IMG/VR virus record: IMGVR_UViG_3300020499_000002
DNA from: an uncultured virus (IMG/VR IMGVR_UViG_3300020499_000002)
Lineage: Duplodnaviria; Heunggongvirae; Uroviricota; Caudoviricetes
DNA length: 64,000 nucleotides
Strand: one strand, 5' to 3'
Below are positions 58,053-64,000 of the stretch, one piece after another. The notes beneath the pieces are model-generated. The model was not told where the DNA came from. It worked only from the letters and a program-made list of their open reading frames with translations, and searched no databases. The position numbers and the translations under genes are program-made. Every line of letters starts with the position of its first letter. Within the stretch, counting starts at the first letter, position 1.

Positions 58053-58829
58053 ATATTCTTCTATGGAAAGAAACTTATGATCTATAAAATGATTCAATGA
58101 GCATGTGAAGTATTGATACTTATTCTCCAGATGTTTTGGAAAGGGAATGCACTCAATTGTAGCGCATTCTTTTTCAGCAACTAATTGAGCCACCCTTTCA
58201 AACGACCTAGCAACTCCTGTGCCGAGATCGTAAATACCAGAAGGTTTATCATAAAACATACAATCAATAACATCTTCTACCCAAATAAAGTCTCGCATAC
58301 ATGCGTTAGATTTTTCGAATAGTTTAATTGTTCCTGTTTCTCTTGCTTGTTTGGTGAATTTATAAACTGGACTTGCTTGGTCGCCTTTGTGGCTTTCGTG
58401 TTTGCCAAAAACATTAAAGAATCTATAACCTTGAATTTTAGAAAACTTATCTATATTATCTTCTACAAACCTATCAATAGTTGCTTTTGATAGAGCGTAA
58501 TAATTCAAAGGGTTTATTTCTCTTCTATAATTTGTATTACCATACACTGCAGCAGACGAAGCGTATTTTACAGGAATTTGATAGTCTATTGCATTATTAA
58601 GTAGTTTGATAGTATAGTCTATGTTATACTTGTGTATTTTATTAATATCAGTTTCAGTAGTGTCTGTAATAGCTCCAAGATGCCAAATTTGCTTTATTTC
58701 TTCCCAATTTATACCCTCGTATAAATCGTCAAAACAATATTGTTTTTCTGAATAATAGATTCCTCCTTGTGGAAATCTTTGAAGTAAATGTTGACCAATA
58801 AATCCGTCAGTCCCTGTTATTAAGATCAT
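58029..58829 (-). CDS. hldD: ADP-L-glycero-D-manno-heptose 6-epimerase-like
   Basis: TGTDGFIG, HLGAITDTTE, YASSAAVYG, Y..SK, RFFNVFG..E.HKG.QAS, YQ.FT. Confidence 0.9.
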   Translation of the reverse strand: MILITGTDGFIGQHLLQRFPQGGIYYSEKQYCFDDLYEGINWEEIKQIWHLGAITDTTETDINKIHKYNIDYTIKLLNNAIDYQIPVKYASSAAVYGNTNYRREINPLNYYALSKATIDRFVEDNIDKFSKIQGYRFFNVFGKHESHKGDQASPVYKFTKQARETGTIKLFEKSNACMRDFIWVEDVIDCMFYDKPSGIYDLGTGVARSFERVAQLVAEKECATIECIPFPKHLENKYQYFTCSLNHFIDHKFLSIEEYLLRNDNI

Positions 58830-59118
58830 TGAAAAAATCCTCTGAATTTATCGCCTTGTCGTCAATCCAAACATCATATGATGGTTTATTGAAATTAAGG
58901 GAAGTATATTTAACGCCCCATTTTTTAAACTGTTCAATAGTCAAATCGCGCCAATCTTTGCCCGAACTCATTCCTCTTGCAGTCCAGTAATGTATTTCAT
59001 AACCAACATCATACAAACTGTTAAGAGTCTCAATTCTTTTTTTGATAGGCAATGAATTAGCGTAATCGCTATTTTTTGAAATACAAATAGTATTATCAAT
59101 ATCTACCAAATATTTCAT
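58807..59118 (-). CDS. short HAD-family phosphatase
   Basis: VDIDNTIC, WTARG, KP.YD..IDDKA. Confidence 0.85.
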   Translation of the reverse strand: MKYLVDIDNTICISKNSDYANSLPIKKRIETLNSLYDVGYEIHYWTARGMSSGKDWRDLTIEQFKKWGVKYTSLNFNKPSYDVWIDDKAINSEDFFNDLNNRD

Positions 59119-59468
59119 TTTTGACTGTCTCCTGGCATTATTCTGAAATCATCGTTATCATAATGTGTAGTTGAGATTTCGAATACAACAGAATCATCTT
59201 CAAGAGCTTCTAATTGATGTGGTTCTCCAGGTTCGTTTGTCCAAGTATCGCCTTCTTTTAAAATATTGTGTTGAATCGAAGCATCTTTAGTTTCTATCCA
59301 ATGTATTTTAAATTTTCCTTTTTGAACATAAAACGTTTCATGTTTTTTTAAATGAAAATGCATAGATCCTTTAGAGCCAGCTTTATCATATACTAATAAC
59401 TTACCACAATATTTGTCGTTGTTTTCAATTATGAGTTCTCTACCCCATCCTTTATTGACAATCTGCAT
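59115..59468 (-). CDS. cupin (sugar-phosphate isomerase-like)
   Basis: KGWG.E...YCGK.L...SMHFH..K.ETF...H....E.ST. Confidence 0.85.
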   Translation of the reverse strand: MQIVNKGWGRELIIENNDKYCGKLLVYDKAGSKGSMHFHLKKHETFYVQKGKFKIHWIETKDASIQHNILKEGDTWTNEPGEPHQLEALEDDSVVFEISTTHYDNDDFRIMPGDSQK

Positions 59469-60606
59469 TTAAATGCTCCAAAGTTTTTGTAGTAGAGTAG
59501 CCCTTAACAAATGGTATTATTACGACCTTTGTTAAATCGTTACCTACAACTTCTTCAGGTTTATAGTCTCCGCCCTTTGTAATTATATCTGGCTTCAATT
59601 TTTTTATTAATTCATAAGGAGTATCTTCGTTAAAAATAATAACTTCATCGACACAATCTAGAGCTTCTAGAACTGCTTTTCTGTCTTTCTGATTGTTTAT
59701 AGGTCGTTGTTCGCCTTTTAATCTTTTGATTGATTCGTCTGAATTCAAACCCACTATCAATTTATATCCAAGTTTTCTAGACTCTTTTAGATATTCTATG
59801 TGGCCTCTATGTAGAATATCAAAACAACCATTAGTGAATACTACAGAGTTTTTAGCAATATTTTCTTTTGATAAAACATATGTTCCGAATTTAGTAACTG
59901 AAATACTGGCCAATCTCACAGCCTTTGAACAAGCATCATAAAGGTTGTTTCCGATACTAAGATAGTGAGTCATAGCTGCGATGAATACATCTCCTGCGCC
60001 AGTAACATCAGAAACTGGATGTTTGTCTGTTGATATTTCTCCTTCGAAATCGTCAGAGGAAATATATACTCCATTCTCTCCCTTTGTGACTACAATAGAT
60101 CCTATGTTGAATAATTTTCGAAGCTGAAAAGGCGTATTACCGAATCCATATTCTTCAAGTTCTTTTTGGTTCAATTTTATTATACTTGAATTTTTATAAT
60201 TGTCAATAGGTTTTTTGGGATCTACTATAACTTTAGAACCTTTTTTAATAAAATTATCAACTATCAATTGGCTGTGATGTAAGAATCCTTTGTTATAATC
60301 AGAAAGAATCACATAATCCGGATTAACTGGAAAATCTATATCTTGATTTGGGATATATTCTTCTTCGTCAGAACGAAACATTATATGATTATCGCATACG
60401 AATCTGGTCTTTTTGGAATTAAAAGAAGCAAAAATCTCAGTATCCGAACCAAGAGCTTGGAGATTCTCGTAGACATTTCCTGCACCGCCTGAACGAAATT
60501 CAGTAGTTTTAGATTTGAAAACAGGTATGGGAGACTCAGGCGATATACGGTCTACGGTGCCATATATATAAATATCTTCTATGTAATCACCAATCACTGC
60601 GATCAT
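59452..60606 (-). CDS. hldE: bifunctional heptose 7-phosphate kinase / heptose 1-phosphate adenylyltransferase
   Basis: RISPE.P.PV, GGAGNV, LSDY.KG, DVTGAGD; FTNGCFDILHRGH, KGGDY, STT; start moved to ATG 60606. Confidence 0.95.
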   Translation of the reverse strand: MIAVIGDYIEDIYIYGTVDRISPESPIPVFKSKTTEFRSGGAGNVYENLQALGSDTEIFASFNSKKTRFVCDNHIMFRSDEEEYIPNQDIDFPVNPDYVILSDYNKGFLHHSQLIVDNFIKKGSKVIVDPKKPIDNYKNSSIIKLNQKELEEYGFGNTPFQLRKLFNIGSIVVTKGENGVYISSDDFEGEISTDKHPVSDVTGAGDVFIAAMTHYLSIGNNLYDACSKAVRLASISVTKFGTYVLSKENIAKNSVVFTNGCFDILHRGHIEYLKESRKLGYKLIVGLNSDESIKRLKGEQRPINNQKDRKAVLEALDCVDEVIIFNEDTPYELIKKLKPDIITKGGDYKPEEVVGNDLTKVVIIPFVKGYSTTKTLEHLNADCQ

Positions 60607-60668
60607 ATTAACTCTCTTTGTTATGCCTAAATATATTAAAAACAAAGCCAACAAGGGGATAGGGAACC

Positions 60669-63600
60669 ATGGCAGATAAAGATTTCGTCGTAAAAAATGG
60701 TCTAGTTACCGGAACTAATAACGTCACAATAGGTAACTCAGTATATATAGTTGCCAATGGCAACGTCGGCGTTGGCACTGATACCCCTAATGCTCTGGTG
60801 ACTATTGTAGGTCCAACCACTAACGCAACTAATTTAAATATTAATGGTTTGACAGTAACTTATAATAGTAACACGTTTAATAATTCTTCCAATGTAGGCG
60901 GAGCTGCTATTGGTGGATATAATGCTAACGGTTTTGGCGTTTTAGGTAGATCTGGTCCTGGTATAGGCGTTATTGGTGTTGCTAATGTTGGTGGTGGATA
61001 TGGCGTTGGAGGTTACGCCCATTCAACGGCAGATTCTTTTTCGGTCGCAGGCTATTTTCTCAACCAAAGTAATGGTATTGGCGTTAGAGCAGCATCAGTT
61101 TCTGGTAGACCGTTCGTTGTTGCTAATGCCACAGTAGATATTATGACTGTGATTTCTAATGGTAATATTGGTATAGGAGATTCTTCTCCTGCAGTTAGAT
61201 TAGTTGTTAATGGATCAATCAATGCTACTAGTATAAACGCTGCTTCTTATACAGTTGGAACATCATTCACTGCTAATTCTACTCTAGTAAACGTTGTTTC
61301 TTTATCAGTTTCTACTAACACATCTACCTTCGGTACAGCAGCCCGAATAGTTGCTAACGGCAACATCGGTATAGGAACTGCTACCCCTAATTCTCTAGTA
61401 ACTATTGTAGGTCCGGCTGCTAATGCAACCAATTTAGATATTAATGGTTTGACAGTAACTTATAATAGTAACACATTCACTAATTCGGTAAATACTGGTG
61501 CTGCAGCTATTGGTGGATATAATGCTAACGGTTTTGGTGTTCTTGGTAAATCAGGGGCTGGTATAGGCGTTATTGGTGTTGCTAATGTTGGTGGCGGTCA
61601 AGGAGTTGCAGGTTACGCCCATTCAACGGCAGATTCTTCTTCAATTGCAGGATATTTCTTTAATCAAAGTAATGGTACTGGAGTCTATGCTAGATCTTTT
61701 GGCGGTAGACCATTCGTTGCTGCTAGTAATACTGCAGAATATATGAGCATTTCAGCTAACGGTAATATTGGTATAGGAGATTCAACCCCTGCAGTTAGAT
61801 TAGTTGTTAATGGATCAATCAATGCTACTAGTATAAACGCAGTTTCTCATACAGTTGGAACATCATTCACTGCCAATTCTACTCTAGTAAACGCTGTTTC
61901 GCTAGTAGTGTCAACTAACACTTCTACTTTTGGCACAGCAGCCCGAATAGTTGCCAATGGTAACATTGGCGTTGGTACTGCTACTCCTGGTGAAAAAATT
62001 ACTGTCATTAGTACCGATAGTACAGGGGCTGCGGGATTTCAAACTTTATCTGGAACTGCGACAGCTCTGGGAGCTGCAGCTAATGCTGGCGTTGGAGCTT
62101 ATATCCAATCTAGAACTGGTAGGCCATTAGTTGTTGCTAATAATACTACAGAATTTTTCCAAGTTGTTGCTAATGGCAACGTCGGCGTTGGCACTGCTAC
62201 CCCTAATTCTCTAGTAACTATTGTAGGCCCAACCGCTAATGCTACTAACCTAGATATTAATGGTCTAACAGTTACCTATAATAGTAACACATTCACCAGT
62301 TCTTCTAATGTAGGCGGAGCTGCTATTGGTGGGTATAACGCCAATGGTTTTGCTGTTCTTGGTAGATCTAGCGCTGGTATAGGTATTGTTGGAGTTGCTA
62401 ACTCTGGTAGCGGTATTGCTATTGCAGGTTATGCTCATGCAACAACTAATTCTTCTGCGCATGCAGGTTTTTTCTTGAATTCAAGTAATGGAATTGGCGT
62501 TAGAGCGGCGGTCTCAACAGGTGGTAGACCTTTCGTTGCTTCTAATGCTACTGTAGAATTTATGTCTGTTGAAGCTAATGGCAACATTGGTTTCGGCAAT
62601 TCATCGCCTAGATCTAAATTACATATAACCAGAAGTTCGGGCGCCAGCGCCGCTGGCGAAATATATTTGGATGAAGGTTTATATTGGTCCATGTTGAACA
62701 GTCGGTCGACCGTTGGCGCTTGGAATCCATTAGTACAAACTAATGATCATACTTTAATATATTCTGATGGTTCGGCTGATACTGGCGCTTTGGTCATTGG
62801 ACCATGGTCTTCTGATAACAAAGGTATGCGTATCGCTAGTAATGGTAGCATTGGTATTGGTACTGCTACTCCTGGCGAAAGAATTACTGTAATTAGCGCC
62901 GATGGTAGAGGAGCTGGATTTTTTCTATCCAATACAGGTAATGGTTTGAGTAGCAAAACTGAAAATGGTTTTGCTGGAATTATTGGTGTATCTAACTCTA
63001 GTTCATCATCTGTCGCTATTGCTGGTTACGCTAATACTGGATATGGTGGTTATTTTCAAACTTTCTTTGGGACGCAGACAGCTCTAGCAGCTGTAGCTAA
63101 TGCTGGAGTTGCAGTTTACGCTCAATCCGGAACTGGTAGACCATTAGTTGTTGCTAATAATACTGTAGAATTTATGTCTGTTCAAGCTAATGGCGCTGTT
63201 TTATTTGCTGGCACTCATCATAATATATCCAGTCTCGGTGGAGTTTTTAGGACTGGCGCTGGCGATTATGGTGTTAGAATTTATCCAGGTGGCGGTAGTG
63301 ATTCGAATACTGCTATATTACAATTCACAAACGCTGCTCAAAATACACAAACAGCCCAAATCGCAGTAAATTCTGCAGGTCTTTTTGTGGGTACTTCTGT
63401 TAGCACCTCTGTTTATTTTGTAGCCGGTGGTTCAGTAAAGGCCACATTAGATCCAAGTGGTAATTTCGTCGCCAATGGTAATATTACTGCATTTGGCGCG
63501 ACTTCCGACGAAAGATTGAAAGAAAATATTACACCATTTTCAAACACACTAGATAAAGTAAAAAGACTTCAAGGCGTTACTTATAATTGGAAAAAAGGAA

Positions 63601-63806
63601 CCGCTGAACGTGATTTTGCTGGTATCAATAATGATATTGGTTTGATTGCACAGAACGTCCAAGAAGTATTTCCAGATCTAGTTCGTGAAAGCGAAGACGG
63701 TTATCTTTCTTTGCGCGATAGAGGTTTGTTTGCAATTCTAATCGAAGCAATCAAAGAACAACAAAATCAAATTGATGAACTTAAAAAAATGTTGGAGAAT
63801 AAATAA
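60669..63806 (+). CDS. long tail fibre with S74 chaperone and internal duplications
   Basis: MADKDFVVKNGL; repeated GN.G.GT.TP; SDERLKENI...GLIAQ.V..VFP..V...LIEAIKE. Confidence 0.92.
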   Translation: MADKDFVVKNGLVTGTNNVTIGNSVYIVANGNVGVGTDTPNALVTIVGPTTNATNLNINGLTVTYNSNTFNNSSNVGGAAIGGYNANGFGVLGRSGPGIGVIGVANVGGGYGVGGYAHSTADSFSVAGYFLNQSNGIGVRAASVSGRPFVVANATVDIMTVISNGNIGIGDSSPAVRLVVNGSINATSINAASYTVGTSFTANSTLVNVVSLSVSTNTSTFGTAARIVANGNIGIGTATPNSLVTIVGPAANATNLDINGLTVTYNSNTFTNSVNTGAAAIGGYNANGFGVLGKSGAGIGVIGVANVGGGQGVAGYAHSTADSSSIAGYFFNQSNGTGVYARSFGGRPFVAASNTAEYMSISANGNIGIGDSTPAVRLVVNGSINATSINAVSHTVGTSFTANSTLVNAVSLVVSTNTSTFGTAARIVANGNIGVGTATPGEKITVISTDSTGAAGFQTLSGTATALGAAANAGVGAYIQSRTGRPLVVANNTTEFFQVVANGNVGVGTATPNSLVTIVGPTANATNLDINGLTVTYNSNTFTSSSNVGGAAIGGYNANGFAVLGRSSAGIGIVGVANSGSGIAIAGYAHATTNSSAHAGFFLNSSNGIGVRAAVSTGGRPFVASNATVEFMSVEANGNIGFGNSSPRSKLHITRSSGASAAGEIYLDEGLYWSMLNSRSTVGAWNPLVQTNDHTLIYSDGSADTGALVIGPWSSDNKGMRIASNGSIGIGTATPGERITVISADGRGAGFFLSNTGNGLSSKTENGFAGIIGVSNSSSSSVAIAGYANTGYGGYFQTFFGTQTALAAVANAGVAVYAQSGTGRPLVVANNTVEFMSVQANGAVLFAGTHHNISSLGGVFRTGAGDYGVRIYPGGGSDSNTAILQFTNAAQNTQTAQIAVNSAGLFVGTSVSTSVYFVAGGSVKATLDPSGNFVANGNITAFGATSDERLKENITPFSNTLDKVKRLQGVTYNWKKGTAERDFAGINNDIGLIAQNVQEVFPDLVRESEDGYLSLRDRGLFAILIEAIKEQQNQIDELKKMLENK
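60750..61950 (+). repeat. 600-bp tandem duplication inside fibre gene
   Basis: identical segments at 61161 and 61761, and at 60841 and 61441; third partial copy ~62165-62600. Confidence 0.9.
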
Positions 63807-64000
63807 TGCCAACACCGAGTACTGGCGCTATATCATTTTCTGACATTGCAAGTATTGTTTATAACAATGCAACAGCTCAAATAAGTTTAAATGATACTAA
63901 TGTTAGAATTTTATTAGATGTTCCTACTAGTGCAGCGCAGATAAGTATGACAAATGCACGAGGCAAACCTGTAGCAGGAAGTAATAGTTACAGCACTCCT
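63806..64000 (+). CDS. fibre-tip adhesin-like protein, partial
   Basis: TAATG-coupled; MPTPSTGAISFSDI...ISLND..VR.L...ISM...RGK. Confidence 0.7.
   Translation, partial: MPTPSTGAISFSDIASIVYNNATAQISLNDTNVRILLDVPTSAAQISMTNARGKPVAGSNSYSTP

Noticed and set aside
1..64000. Stop-codon reassignment or introns
   Set aside because: Core genes read full-length in the standard code and all three stops are used; split genes have their own starts.

Overview
64 kb of a large T4-like (Tevenvirinae-like) myophage genome, probably infecting an alphaproteobacterium (inferred from a circularly permuted two-piece tmRNA with tag ANDNFAPFDFALAA). 1-12.7 kb is an early/accessory region: many small ORFs behind repeated sigma70-type promoters, a DUF932 protein, secreted proteins, the tmRNA and tRNA-Arg(UCU). 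12.7-15 kb holds gp33, gp59 and gp32. 15-40 kb is the baseplate/tail module (tape measure with lysozyme and peptidase domains, gp51, 26, 54, 2, 4, 48, 53, 27-like, a split gp5, PAAR-like, 25, 6, 7, 9/10-like, 8, a split VrlC/DUF4815). 40-64 kb is a large fibre/adhesin region with three RCC1-repeat propellers, and it contains an embedded cassette of three glycosyltransferases, an FkbM methyltransferase and an ADP-heptose-type pathway. The best candidate for a new system is virion glycosylation: outer baseplate and fibre proteins are very dense in N-X-S/T sequons and sit next to this sugar-synthesis and transfer cassette. All calls come from motif recognition by eye; no searches were run.
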